IMG/VR virus record: IMGVR_UViG_3300028534_000026
Location: 2,128 to 66,127 of that record
Source: a virus
Direction: 5' to 3' (one strand)
DNA length: 64,000 bases
This document shows positions 24,551-33,599 of the stretch, one piece after another; the stretch's first letter is position 1, and each line of letters opens with the position of its first letter. The notes beneath the pieces are model-generated. The model worked only from the letters and a program-made list of their open reading frames with translations, searched no databases and was not told the DNA's origin. A program made the translations under genes and the position numbers.

Positions 24551-24570
24551 TAAAGACAATCACAACAGAA
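24400..24570 (+). ncRNA. predicted omegaRNA (5' boundary approximate), guide TAAAGACAATCACAAC...
   Basis: TnpB omegaRNAs are known to overlap the tnpB 3' end and read into the right flank; the hairpin is seen directly; the extent is inferred. Confidence 0.45.
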
Positions 24571-24583
24571 GGAGACCTTCGAT

Positions 24584-25120
24584 ATGAAGAAAGCTGTTAA
24601 CAAGGCTGCCCTTGAGCAGCTGTACAAAACAAAAGTGGCGGAAGAGCCTGAAGCTGAGACCAACCTCGATGCCAATGAAGAAGAGGTAGAGACTCCTGAA
24701 TCCAGTACAGAGGTTGCTGAGACTCCTGAAACTAGCGGAACTCCCGAGATGGAGACAAAAGTAGCAGAGCTTGAGTCCAAAATTACTGACCTTGAGGCCA
24801 AGATTACTGAGTTGGAGGCGGCTGCTGAGAATGTCTCAAAGGAGGCTGAGGCTAAGGACGAGCTTATCACTGAGATGCGAGGTGTTCTTGCAGGCCAACT
24901 GGAACTTCGCAGGGCTGCTCTTGATCTTGCTGAAGTGGATACCAAGGAGATGGATGCTGCCACTGTGCTCAAAGAGTTTAAGGCTGCTGACAAGCTATTC
25001 ATGAAGAGCCTCCCTTCCGGGGAAGTTACTCCTGAAGCTACTACTGCTAAACCTGAAGAAGAAAGGGTCTTCAAGACCATAACCGACAGAGCGGCTGCTG
25101 AGGCCCTCGGATTTGAATAA
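24584..25120 (+). CDS. capsid scaffolding protein
   Basis: Very acidic, coiled-coil heptads; AAGGAG RBS; follows the protease. Confidence 0.75.
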   Translation: MKKAVNKAALEQLYKTKVAEEPEAETNLDANEEEVETPESSTEVAETPETSGTPEMETKVAELESKITDLEAKITELEAAAENVSKEAEAKDELITEMRGVLAGQLELRRAALDLAEVDTKEMDAATVLKEFKAADKLFMKSLPSGEVTPEATTAKPEEERVFKTITDRAAAEALGFE

Positions 25121-25132
25121 AGGAGGTCCAGA

Positions 25133-25558
25133 ATGGGCAAAGCAACTCAAGATGTATATGGTAAGATTACCAATGTCCCTTGGAAGATTAATGACTCCGG
25201 GATTGATGACAATGACCTGAACAAGCCGGTCAAGCTGGTGTCCAGTGACACGGTAGCCCTGTGCTCTGATGGAGACCAGATATATGGCTTCATCAACTCG
25301 GTTGAGCAGAGGACTCAGGATGGAAAGACCATTGTAGGTATTCAGGACTCTGGCCGGGTATGGGTCCAGCTCTCGGGTGCCTCCAGCTTTGGAGCACTGG
25401 TAGAAGCAGGAGCGAACGCTGCTGCAGGTACAGCAAATTCCGGGACCAAGAAAGCAATCGTATCTACCCACACCAAGGTCACTGCGACTGAAAAGATGTG
25501 GAAAATTATTTCAGGAACATTCTCCGATGGAGACACCGTTCTCATCGAAAAACAGTAA
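25133..25558 (+). CDS. head decoration/cement protein
   Basis: 141-aa beta-rich ORF directly before the capsid gene. Confidence 0.6.
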   Translation: MGKATQDVYGKITNVPWKINDSGIDDNDLNKPVKLVSSDTVALCSDGDQIYGFINSVEQRTQDGKTIVGIQDSGRVWVQLSGASSFGALVEAGANAAAGTANSGTKKAIVSTHTKVTATEKMWKIISGTFSDGDTVLIEKQ

Positions 25559-25569
25559 GGAGAACCAAA

Positions 25570-26775
25570 ATGGCAAAATTTATTGATGAAAATGGTAAGC
25601 TCCAGGAAGTGAATCTGGAGGGTATGAAGTATCATGCCATTGCTCAGAAAGAGGGGCTCACCTACCGCCAGGTAATTAACAGGGAGTTCCCAACCAGAGC
25701 AGGTGACCCTGATGCTTTCACCCAGATGTGTGTAAGTGCCGGTCTTCGGTTTAAGTTTGATAGCAAGCTTGGTCAGACACCAACCAATCTGCAGACTGTG
25801 CTGCGGCCCGAGGCTGGTACGAATCAGGTCGGCGGTACTTATACATCTGCCCCGCAGGTGCCTGACAGTACCGTGCTCTTTGTACCTGCCCTTCTGGAAA
25901 CAGTTGAGGCGTCCCTCGCCAAGAAGACTGCTCCGGCTGTTCAGGCTTTTAACAGCCTGCTTGCCAAAGAGCGGACTATTCCGGGGAAAGAATTTAAGAG
26001 GGCTATTGTGAACTACGCCGGCGATCGTGGTCCGGAGGACTTTGAATGGAAGCGGACGGCTCAGAACAGTGAGCCGAGTATCATGCTGTCCATCACCGCT
26101 GCTGACGTGAGCCGGAACATCCCGACCTTCGGCGTGGGTATGCAGGTATCGGCAGAAGCAATGCTGATCTCCGGTATTGACATGATCTCTGATCCTCTGG
26201 AAAGGTTCTTCAGCCTGGCGACCTATAATGACTGGGTTGATAATCTGTCCCTGATCCTTACCGGTGACCCGGATGGTACTTCGTCTGATATGGATGATAA
26301 CACCGCCGCTCTCACCCAGACCAAGGCCAATGTACACGACTCCAGTATCACATCTGCGGGCGTGCTGACTCAGAAGGCATGGCTCAAGTGGCTGTATAAC
26401 GGCTCCATGTACGCCACCAAGAATAAGGTCGTATGCGACTTTGACGCTGCCCTTGCTATTGATGAACGCGAAAATCGGCCAAAGGTCACCGATAATAACT
26501 CCATGGATCGACTTGATGTGCCGTTTAAGATCATTTATCCGGCATTCCAGGATACTCTGGAAGTTATTGTTATGCCTGATGGGACCTGGCCTGCCAACAC
26601 CATTATGGGCGTTGACAGTAACTGGGGACTGGAGAAGGTGAACAGCCTCTTTGCTAATTATCAGGCCGTCCAAGAGATGGTCCTGAGCCGATCCACCATG
26701 GTCCGAGTAGACCACGGGTCGGTAATTTACAGACTCTATACCGAGGCATTTGATGTACTGTCTCTGACCGTATAG
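25570..26775 (+). CDS. major capsid protein
   Basis: 401 aa; AAGGAG RBS at MAKFID; followed by a strong terminator; synteny. Confidence 0.85.
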   Translation: MAKFIDENGKLQEVNLEGMKYHAIAQKEGLTYRQVINREFPTRAGDPDAFTQMCVSAGLRFKFDSKLGQTPTNLQTVLRPEAGTNQVGGTYTSAPQVPDSTVLFVPALLETVEASLAKKTAPAVQAFNSLLAKERTIPGKEFKRAIVNYAGDRGPEDFEWKRTAQNSEPSIMLSITAADVSRNIPTFGVGMQVSAEAMLISGIDMISDPLERFFSLATYNDWVDNLSLILTGDPDGTSSDMDDNTAALTQTKANVHDSSITSAGVLTQKAWLKWLYNGSMYATKNKVVCDFDAALAIDERENRPKVTDNNSMDRLDVPFKIIYPAFQDTLEVIVMPDGTWPANTIMGVDSNWGLEKVNSLFANYQAVQEMVLSRSTMVRVDHGSVIYRLYTEAFDVLSLTV

Positions 26776-26814
26776 CCACCCACAAGGAGTTTCCCTCCGA
26801 CTCCTTCTCCCGAG

Positions 26815-26844
26815 ACCCCGGCCAGTTTACTGGCCGGGGTTTTT
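26815..26844 (+). terminator. intrinsic terminator after capsid gene
   Basis: ACCCCGGCCAG/CTGGCCGGGGT 11-bp stem plus T run. Confidence 0.85.
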
Positions 26845-28506
26845 CCATACCCACTTTGTTTTGCCACAATCCCATATACGAAGGTAACCATTCCGTAAGG
26901 CGTTATCGTGTTCTGTTTCCTCGGGTGAGAAATCAAATCCAGGCAGTTTTTTCATTCTTGATTTGGTAAGCATGTTTTTAGGGACCACCAGTTCAGATTT
27001 CATGTACTTATAATCCGGTCGTAGGTATTTATCTTTGGTGAACCCAAGATTTCTATACATTTCCCCTGTAAACCACCTGTTATCGGAGTAGCTGGTTATC
27101 GTCTTTGGTTGGTACTTTCTTATAAAAGAAGCAAACAGCTTTCCTGCCCCACCTATTACAGCTGTTTTTGTTGAGAACCTTCTGAGCTCCCACACACCTT
27201 CCTCTTTTCTGAGCCCGCGATGCCCTACAGGTGAACTAAACAGCATACACCCAATGAGGTCATTGTTGTGGAAAATGCCAAAACTCTTGCAGCCGGATAC
27301 CCAACCCTGCAAGTGGTTTTCTTCTAGTAGCTCTTTTGTCCCTATACATTCGATTTCTCTGCATTCGCAGTTTCTGGCATATACCCTGTTTTTGGTTACG
27401 CCCAATATATGCAGGAGGGTTTTCTTTACTACCTCCTGATCTTCATATTCGGCCACATGAATGAGTCTGATGCTGTGGGAAGCACAGAGTTTTTGCTTTT
27501 CTATTAGGTGGTTTTTATTTTTGAATCTCTCAGAGTGCCAGAAGTTGCCGTTGAACTCTATTGCCATGTTCTTGTCTGGGATAAGTATGTCTAGCTCATG
27601 TCTTCCTATTACTCCCCTCACATTCCTTTTGATGTCTATGTGTCTGGATAAGAAGTCAGCTAGCTCTTCTTCTTTTGAGGATTTACCACCATACCTACAT
27701 TTTGGGCACCCTTCTCTGAGTAGGTGGGATTCTGGGGTCTGGCTGAATACGGTGTTGTGTTCAGTACAGATTATATCAACTCGTTTTCTGCAGTCCTCAT
27801 AATTTACCTTAGAGTAGTCATATTTGTCTCCATACTTGGCCTCGCAGTTTTTCACCCATTTATTGTACCCCGTGTCAGTATGGGTCAGCCGTGTAATTAG
27901 TTTAGCACATTCTTGGCACCCACTCCCTTTTAAATGCGTTTCCGGGGTTTGTTTGAATACTCCGTGCGTAGGGCACATTATGTCTACTTCTTCTCTGCTA
28001 GATTTATATCTAACAGCATTGTAGTCATAGGTCTCTCCATGGATGTTTTTGGCCTTCATAATGAAACCAGCAGTAGACATTGTCATTCTTATAGTATGGT
28101 CATCATCTGCGCATTTTCTACAGCCGCTGCCCTTTAAGTGTGTTCCAGCCCGTTGAAAAAAAGGCCCATGTGCAGGGCACACTATTTCTATCTTATTGTT
28201 GCTTCCAGTGTATTTCGAGAGACTGTAGTCATATTTATTGCCGTGTATTTCTTTAGCCTGCTTGATAAACTCCTCTGTGGTCTTTTTTAGTCTCTCGCTA
28301 TTTTCACCATTTTTGCAAGCCATACACCCATTCCCTGCTAGGTGGCCTGCTGCTCGTTGGCTGAACTCACCGTGAGTTGGGCAGATTATTCTGACTAGCC
28401 CGTTACTGCCGGTGTAGTTCGCCAGCGAGTAGTCATATTTGCCGCTGTGCTTTTCTGTAGACCTTTTGATAAACTCCTCCGTGGTCAACTTTCTTCCTCT
28501 AGCCAT
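26827..28506 (-). CDS. Hef-like homing endonuclease: Zn repeats, PD-(D/E)XK-like domain, C-terminal domain
   Basis: Four KYDYS...IxCPxHGxFxQ...HLxGxGCxxC repeats; ELDILIPDKNMAIEFNGNFWHS; EENHLQG...WELRRF...IWDCGKTKWVW; antisense to the operon. Confidence 0.8.
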   Translation of the reverse strand: MARGRKLTTEEFIKRSTEKHSGKYDYSLANYTGSNGLVRIICPTHGEFSQRAAGHLAGNGCMACKNGENSERLKKTTEEFIKQAKEIHGNKYDYSLSKYTGSNNKIEIVCPAHGPFFQRAGTHLKGSGCRKCADDDHTIRMTMSTAGFIMKAKNIHGETYDYNAVRYKSSREEVDIMCPTHGVFKQTPETHLKGSGCQECAKLITRLTHTDTGYNKWVKNCEAKYGDKYDYSKVNYEDCRKRVDIICTEHNTVFSQTPESHLLREGCPKCRYGGKSSKEEELADFLSRHIDIKRNVRGVIGRHELDILIPDKNMAIEFNGNFWHSERFKNKNHLIEKQKLCASHSIRLIHVAEYEDQEVVKKTLLHILGVTKNRVYARNCECREIECIGTKELLEENHLQGWVSGCKSFGIFHNNDLIGCMLFSSPVGHRGLRKEEGVWELRRFSTKTAVIGGAGKLFASFIRKYQPKTITSYSDNRWFTGEMYRNLGFTKDKYLRPDYKYMKSELVVPKNMLTKSRMKKLPGFDFSPEETEHDNALRNGYLRIWDCGKTKWVWKNPGQ

Positions 28507-28743
28507 CCTATTCGTTCCACCTTTTTGCTCTGATTTTTACGTTCCTGGATCTATCCCTGTCCCATACCCGACTCTTGCAGTGAGGGCAAGCTACAGGTTT
28601 TCTCTCTGTTCTTGGAATCCACTCATATTCACACCTTTTGCATTTGAGTTTGGTAATTTCCAAAATTTTCCTCCTTTATATTGATTAAGATAATGTTGAT
28701 ATACACAACAATACACCACCTGCTTCATCCTGTCAACAATTTC

Positions 28744-28772
28744 TTGCATTTCTTTTGCCCACCGTGTACAAT
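28744..28772 (+). promoter_or_regulatory. sigma70-type promoter before neck/tail genes
   Basis: TTGCAT-N17-TACAAT with TG extension. Confidence 0.65.
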
Positions 28773-28816
28773 CCTGAAAAGTATGACACCTTATCAAATT
28801 TTAACCGGAGGCAATT

Positions 28817-29107
28817 ATGGCTGAAGAGAAAGCTAAGGAAATCAAGGAGGCCAAGGAGGCCAAGGAGGCCAAGGAGGCCAAGGAGGCCAAGGAGGCCAAG
28901 GAGGCCAAGGAGGCCAAGGAAACCAAACCTACTACTAAACCATCTGCTGCGAAACCAAGCGGAAAGAAAATTAAAGTTGTTTCCAAGAAAAGGCGCCAGG
29001 TGAATCCGTTCACCCGAGAAGTGTTTGATGTGAACCAGCCGATCTTGGCTGTGAACGACTCGTGGTTACAGTGTCAACTCAAAGCAGGGATTCTGCATAA
29101 GGCTTAA
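28817..29107 (+). CDS. small head-associated protein with (KEA)n tract
   Basis: GGAGG RBS; lies before the head-tail adaptor. Confidence 0.75.
   Translation: MAEEKAKEIKEAKEAKEAKEAKEAKEAKEAKEAKETKPTTKPSAAKPSGKKIKVVSKKRRQVNPFTREVFDVNQPILAVNDSWLQCQLKAGILHKA
28843..28920 (+). repeat. 9-bp coding tandem repeat (CAAGGAGGC) x8.7
   Basis: Eight exact copies plus CAAGGA. Confidence 0.9.
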
Positions 29108-29109
29108 TT

Positions 29110-29613
29110 ATGCCAATCACTGATTACACATCATATGATGAGGTCAGGTCAGCCTGTGGTCTGTCTACTGATGACCTTCCTGACGAGACGCTTGCTCTGG
29201 AGATGTATGGCAATGCTCTGGATCTCAGGCTGGGTGAGGTGACTCTTCCGGACGATCCGCCCGGCCCAGGGGATCTGGCTACCAGGTTTGTTGAAATCAA
29301 GGCTTTGGATGAGTCGGCCAGGACAACGCTGGAACAAAAGTTATATAACCTCACCAGGCTTTATGCTACATATGCTGTGGCTGTAGAGGTAGCTACATCT
29401 CTTTCCATGAGGGCTGCCAAGAGTATAAGCGACTCAAAGACGACAATTGTCAGGTTCTCTCCTGAGAGTACATATGAGCTTGTCATAGATAAGCTGAATG
29501 ACCTTATGAGTACCACAAGGGAGAGTATTGAGAATATTGTTGATTCATCAGTTGATGTTTCTGAATATGTTGTGGTTGTCTCTCCAGACACAGACCCGGT
29601 GACAGGCGTATGA
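29110..29613 (+). CDS. head-tail adaptor (putative)
   Basis: 167-aa helical ORF; synteny only. Confidence 0.6.
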   Translation: MPITDYTSYDEVRSACGLSTDDLPDETLALEMYGNALDLRLGEVTLPDDPPGPGDLATRFVEIKALDESARTTLEQKLYNLTRLYATYAVAVEVATSLSMRAAKSISDSKTTIVRFSPESTYELVIDKLNDLMSTTRESIENIVDSSVDVSEYVVVVSPDTDPVTGV

Positions 29614-30446
29614 TCAGCTTAAAGCAAGCAGCTAGAGCTTTTGATGACCAGACTTTTTCTGACGTACACGGCACAACAGCTGATTTTGCCGGGAAACTGC
29701 TGCCGTTTAATGACAGTACCCGGTCTGGTCCTGCTACCCAGCGGAGGATTCTTGATACCTCTGTTGATTCTGTTATTCCAACAGAGCGGGAGATAGTATC
29801 TGGTGGTATTGTTTATATTGTGGCCCACAGGAATGTGGATTTTTTCAAGGGTGAGATCATCAGAGTTAAGTATCCGGTGCTCCCTGCTGCCGGTACCTAC
29901 TTTATCAGAACGATAAGCCAGGTCTTGGCCGGGACCGGCGGCACCCCTGCAGCGTATTTGATGCCGATGTATATCAGGAGGGCTATATTTGAGGACCAGG
30001 CTGATTATGCCGGAGGCTATATCATATACGGGAGTTCTTATTATTCTATCCACAGTGGGGAGATAATCAGTGACGGCTCCCAGTATTATGTGGCCAGGGA
30101 AGATTCCAGGGTGGATGAGGCCGGGTTCGGGGCCACTGAGGTCACTGACCTCGTTGCTCCACTACAGAGTCTGGATGTTGTCTTGAATTCTGCTAGTTAT
30201 GACCCTGTGACTGATGAGTATACACCGACAACTTTATCGGCGGTAAGCGTGTTTGTCGAACACTACAGTTTGGATTTCAAGAACGTAGCCTTGGGGTTCG
30301 AAGGCATAGAGGCCGGAGACAAGGCGTTGTCCATGTTGAAATCGGACGTGTCTTCTATTAAGCCGAATGACCGTGTTGGGGATTATGCTGTGAGGTCGGT
30401 GAGAGACCGGGGGGATTATTGGACCGTGCATGGGAGGAAGGTATGA
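29610..30446 (+). CDS. head closure/neck protein (putative)
   Basis: 278-aa beta-rich ORF; ATGA overlaps; synteny. Confidence 0.55.
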   Translation: MISLKQAARAFDDQTFSDVHGTTADFAGKLLPFNDSTRSGPATQRRILDTSVDSVIPTEREIVSGGIVYIVAHRNVDFFKGEIIRVKYPVLPAAGTYFIRTISQVLAGTGGTPAAYLMPMYIRRAIFEDQADYAGGYIIYGSSYYSIHSGEIISDGSQYYVAREDSRVDEAGFGATEVTDLVAPLQSLDVVLNSASYDPVTDEYTPTTLSAVSVFVEHYSLDFKNVALGFEGIEAGDKALSMLKSDVSSIKPNDRVGDYAVRSVRDRGDYWTVHGRKV

Positions 30447-30982
30447 TTAGGACTCATATAAAGCTTGATGAACAGTTTGAGGGGAAGATGGCTACAGCCA
30501 GGAAGGACGTGGCTAAAGCCATGATCTCCACAGTGCTGGATGAATTTAATCATATGCTTAAAGGCGCCCCCCAGAGGTACGGTAATTTTGTGGCTAATTT
30601 CTCGATAGCGCCAGGGCTCAGGGCTGGTAGAGTTCCGGCCAAGTTATACTTTCCTACCAATACTGATGAAAACTCTTGGTTTGCGAGGGGGAATTTACCG
30701 GCTATTCAGGTTGCCCAGAGTAATGTGAGTAACCTGGCCAGCAGGATGACAGCCCATATAACCAAGTCGTCAGGGTGGATGTCCGGCATGACTGTGTATA
30801 ACAGGTTGGATTACGCTGAGAGGGTGGAAGGATATTCGGAGTTTACTCTCAGGGCGGAAAACAAAGGCGGGTCTCACCCGCTGGCTAAGATGGAAGCTCG
30901 GCTGGCGGCCAGGTCAAAGAAGAAAGTAGTATATGGGTCGCCGGAATTTGAGGCTCTGGTTAGGAGGGCCGGTGATGTCTGA
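30443..30982 (+). CDS. neck/tail-completion protein (putative)
   Basis: Basic ORF with NRLDYAERVE motif; ATGA overlap at MIRTHI. Confidence 0.55.
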   Translation: MIRTHIKLDEQFEGKMATARKDVAKAMISTVLDEFNHMLKGAPQRYGNFVANFSIAPGLRAGRVPAKLYFPTNTDENSWFARGNLPAIQVAQSNVSNLASRMTAHITKSSGWMSGMTVYNRLDYAERVEGYSEFTLRAENKGGSHPLAKMEARLAARSKKKVVYGSPEFEALVRRAGDV

Positions 30983-31394
30983 TATATTTGAAGATACCAG
31001 ACAAAGGCTGATGAAGGTGGTCAGAGATTTTCATGCCGCTGAATACCCATCACTGGAGGTGAACTACCCGGACAGGTTTATTACAGACGTGGAGAAGGTG
31101 TCTGGCCCTTTTATCACAGTTGAGCTAACTATGAGATCAAGAGCAATGGGCCTGCCATTAAAAAATCTTGTGCGGGTTTCGGGAGAGCTTGTCCTGAATT
31201 ATTATGTTCGGGAGGGGGCTGGGTTGGCTGACAGTACCAAGTATACTGATGCTTTGATGACTTACTTGGGTCTGTCAACAATTGACAGGGTGACCTACCT
31301 GGAAGTCCTGCCATATGATAACAGTGGTATACCCGGATTTTCCGGAACTATGAACTCAATAGAGTTCTATATTGATCACACAAATTTAGCATAG
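30975..31394 (+). CDS. tail terminator (putative)
   Basis: AGGAGG RBS before MSDIFE; directly precedes the tube gene. Confidence 0.55.
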   Translation: MSDIFEDTRQRLMKVVRDFHAAEYPSLEVNYPDRFITDVEKVSGPFITVELTMRSRAMGLPLKNLVRVSGELVLNYYVREGAGLADSTKYTDALMTYLGLSTIDRVTYLEVLPYDNSGIPGFSGTMNSIEFYIDHTNLA

Positions 31395-31403
31395 GAGATT
31401 ATT

Positions 31404-32609
31404 ATGCCTGCTTCCAGTTCTGCCGGAATATTTCGGTACTTGAAAGAAACGACACCGGGTGAGATTGAAACCGGTGGTCCTCAGATTTACAGAGTAACAG
31501 ACGGGACTCTCTCCCAGACCACTGAAAGTTCTGAGGATAACGAGCTCAGAGCTGATCGTGGCCGGGGTGATACCACGTTGGTATCCGGCTCTGTAAACGG
31601 CCCGCTGAGTATTAACTGGTCCCATAAAACCCATGATGACTTCCTGCAGTCACTTCTGGCTTCCACTTATACTGAGGTGGGTACTGATGGTGTGAAGACA
31701 GTATCTGATATGGCTTTTGATGGGTCGGCCCATACGATTACATCAGGGACTGCTGCCCTCCCAAGTCTGGAGAAAGGACAGTGGTTCCAGATATCAGGCG
31801 CCAATACTGCGGCCAACGATGGTATCTATAAGGTCAGTGACTCAGTAGCTCCTACGACCTCCACCATTACTCTTGACACGGCGGTGAAGGACGCTACCAC
31901 AGACGCCGCCAACTCAACTACCATATCCAGCGCTCGACTCAAACAGAGCAACTCTGCTCTGGAGTCCTACACCATCGAGCGGGAGATGGCTGATGTATCC
32001 CAATTCCTTACTTGGAAGGGCGTGTATGTGGCTTCTCTGAATCTGAACTATTCAGTAGGCGATAAGTTGAACGGGGCGTTTAACTTTATTGGTACTGAGA
32101 CAGAAGAAGGACCGAATACCTCCAGCCAGTTCCCTGGGATCGGCTCTGAGGTTGCTGCTACTACTTCTGGTTATTTCAATACAGTAACAAATACCCATGT
32201 TTTGCTGGACGGTACTGCGATGGGTGAGAGCTGTGTTGAATCTCTCACGATTGATGTTCAAGGAAATTTGCGTGAGAGGCGGTGTCTTGGTGGTGGGTTG
32301 GCTGCTTCCAGTCTCGGCGCAGATCAGTTTAAGATATCTACCCAGGCTAATATCTTCTTCGGTACGACAGCTTCTGCCAACCTGTATAAGAAGAAGCTTG
32401 CGGACTCTGCCCTGACCTTTGCTGTGTGCCTGCAGGATGCAGATGGGAATGGCGTTGCGGTTACCCTCCCAAGAGGGAAGATATCCTCTGCAGAGATTAC
32501 AGGTGGAGCACTCGGTTCCGATGTTATGCTGAACTTGAGCTTCGATGCTGTGACAAGTCCAGACTTCTCCACGATGATTATTTTTGATCGTCTTGGCTCT
32601 GTAGCGTAA
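31404..32609 (+). CDS. major tail tube protein
   Basis: 401 aa; Ser/Thr-rich inserted domain; AGGAG RBS; upstream of the chaperone and tape measure genes. Confidence 0.8.
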   Translation: MPASSSAGIFRYLKETTPGEIETGGPQIYRVTDGTLSQTTESSEDNELRADRGRGDTTLVSGSVNGPLSINWSHKTHDDFLQSLLASTYTEVGTDGVKTVSDMAFDGSAHTITSGTAALPSLEKGQWFQISGANTAANDGIYKVSDSVAPTTSTITLDTAVKDATTDAANSTTISSARLKQSNSALESYTIEREMADVSQFLTWKGVYVASLNLNYSVGDKLNGAFNFIGTETEEGPNTSSQFPGIGSEVAATTSGYFNTVTNTHVLLDGTAMGESCVESLTIDVQGNLRERRCLGGGLAASSLGADQFKISTQANIFFGTTASANLYKKKLADSALTFAVCLQDADGNGVAVTLPRGKISSAEITGGALGSDVMLNLSFDAVTSPDFSTMIIFDRLGSVA

Positions 32610-32766
32610 CATCATCTTCAAACTCAAAAATCTGGTGTTGTTCGATTAACCTCTGAATGACACCAGATTTGCTTATTCCAGTCCTCTCACAGATCAGTTC
32701 CAACTTCTTCCGGTGGTATTCAGGCAGTGTTACAGGTATTGTTTTGTTTCCTTTCTTGACAGCCAT
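32578..32766 (-). CDS. ribbon-helix-helix (CopG-like) regulator, antisense
   Basis: MAVKKGNKTIPVTLPEYHRKKLELICERTGISKSGVIQRLIEQ; AAGGAG RBS. Confidence 0.75.
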   Translation of the reverse strand: MAVKKGNKTIPVTLPEYHRKKLELICERTGISKSGVIQRLIEQHQIFEFEDDVTLQSQDDQK

Positions 32767-32775
32767 CTTTTCTCC

Positions 32776-32804
32776 TTGCTTTCTATTTAACTTTTGTGTA
32801 CTAT
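32776..32804 (+). promoter_or_regulatory. sigma70-type promoter before tail chaperone, divergent from RHH gene
   Basis: TTGCTT-N17-TACTAT with TG extension. Confidence 0.6.
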
Positions 32805-32847
32805 CGTACAGGTAAGTACAATAAAAGTCAAACAAAAGGAGAAGGAA

Positions 32848-33270
32848 ATGGCTGATTTTAACAAGTTGTATGATTTTGATGAGGAGCTCGCGGACAAAGG
32901 GGCCAAGATGATTGTTGGACCTAACCCGGAAGAGGACTATGTTTTTGTCAGGAGGATCCCGAATCCTGAGTACCAGCGTGAGCTGGATAGAGTCCTCCAG
33001 GCAAACCACAAAGTTTTGGAATATTCCAAACAGCAGGATCCCAAGAAGTATGAGGAGCTGAATGGTAAGCTCCTTGCAGGCGTTATAGCCAAAACAGTGG
33101 TTACCGGGTGGGGTGTGGTCAAACTGGATGGAAAAACATTGAAGTTTAATGTGAAGAATGCCACCCTGCTGCTCACAAGGTATCCTGAGTTCCGTGGGGA
33201 TATCATTGATTTTGGCCGGGATAGGAATAACTACCCTGCCAAGGTAGATGTAGATGAGGTAAAAAAGTAG
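32848..33270 (+). CDS. tail assembly chaperone (G-like)
   Basis: Between tube and tape measure genes; ends at A-AAA-AAG-TAG. Confidence 0.8.
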   Translation: MADFNKLYDFDEELADKGAKMIVGPNPEEDYVFVRRIPNPEYQRELDRVLQANHKVLEYSKQQDPKKYEELNGKLLAGVIAKTVVTGWGVVKLDGKTLKFNVKNATLLLTRYPEFRGDIIDFGRDRNNYPAKVDVDEVKK

Positions 33271-33596
33271 TCGTCCCATTCTATGAGTGGACAAAAGAAT
33301 GGGGCAACCACCTGCCAGTCCTACGTCGGGCGAAGGAGCTTGGGCAGGATCCGGAGGCCCTAAAAAACCGCCCAAGGCTGCCGGGGTATATGGAAAGTAT
33401 ACTCCGGCACTTCTATACCCTCTCTTTTTCTCGTAAATACGGGCATTCCGGCCCACTTCCGATTGACATCCTTACCATGCTTGGGTACAATGACCGTATC
33501 GCAAAGATGGATCCTGCAGATTTTTTGGAGCTGATGCAGAGCTTGGATGAGGTTTACCTCAGACAAAAACCAAAAGAGGAAACGAAACTGGTCTAG
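33261..33596 (+). CDS. -1 programmed frameshift extension of the chaperone (GT-like)
   Basis: Slippery AAAAAAG at 33261-33267; the -1 frame is open from VVPFYEWTKEW to 33596. Confidence 0.85.
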   Translation, partial: KKVVVPFYEWTKEWGNHLPVLRRAKELGQDPEALKNRPRLPGYMESILRHFYTLSFSRKYGHSGPLPIDILTMLGYNDRIAKMDPADFLELMQSLDEVYLRQKPKEETKLV

Positions 33597-33599
33597 CCA

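Noticed and set aside
25342-26715. Long antisense ORFs (457 aa here; also 292, 264, 221 and 204 aa elsewhere)
   Set aside because: Shadows of strongly biased genes with no RBS or motifs; only the last 62 aa of 32578-33456 (RHH) were kept.
28591-28797. 68-aa minus-strand ORF before the Hef-like gene
   Set aside because: TTG start without an RBS, and it overlaps a plus-strand promoter.
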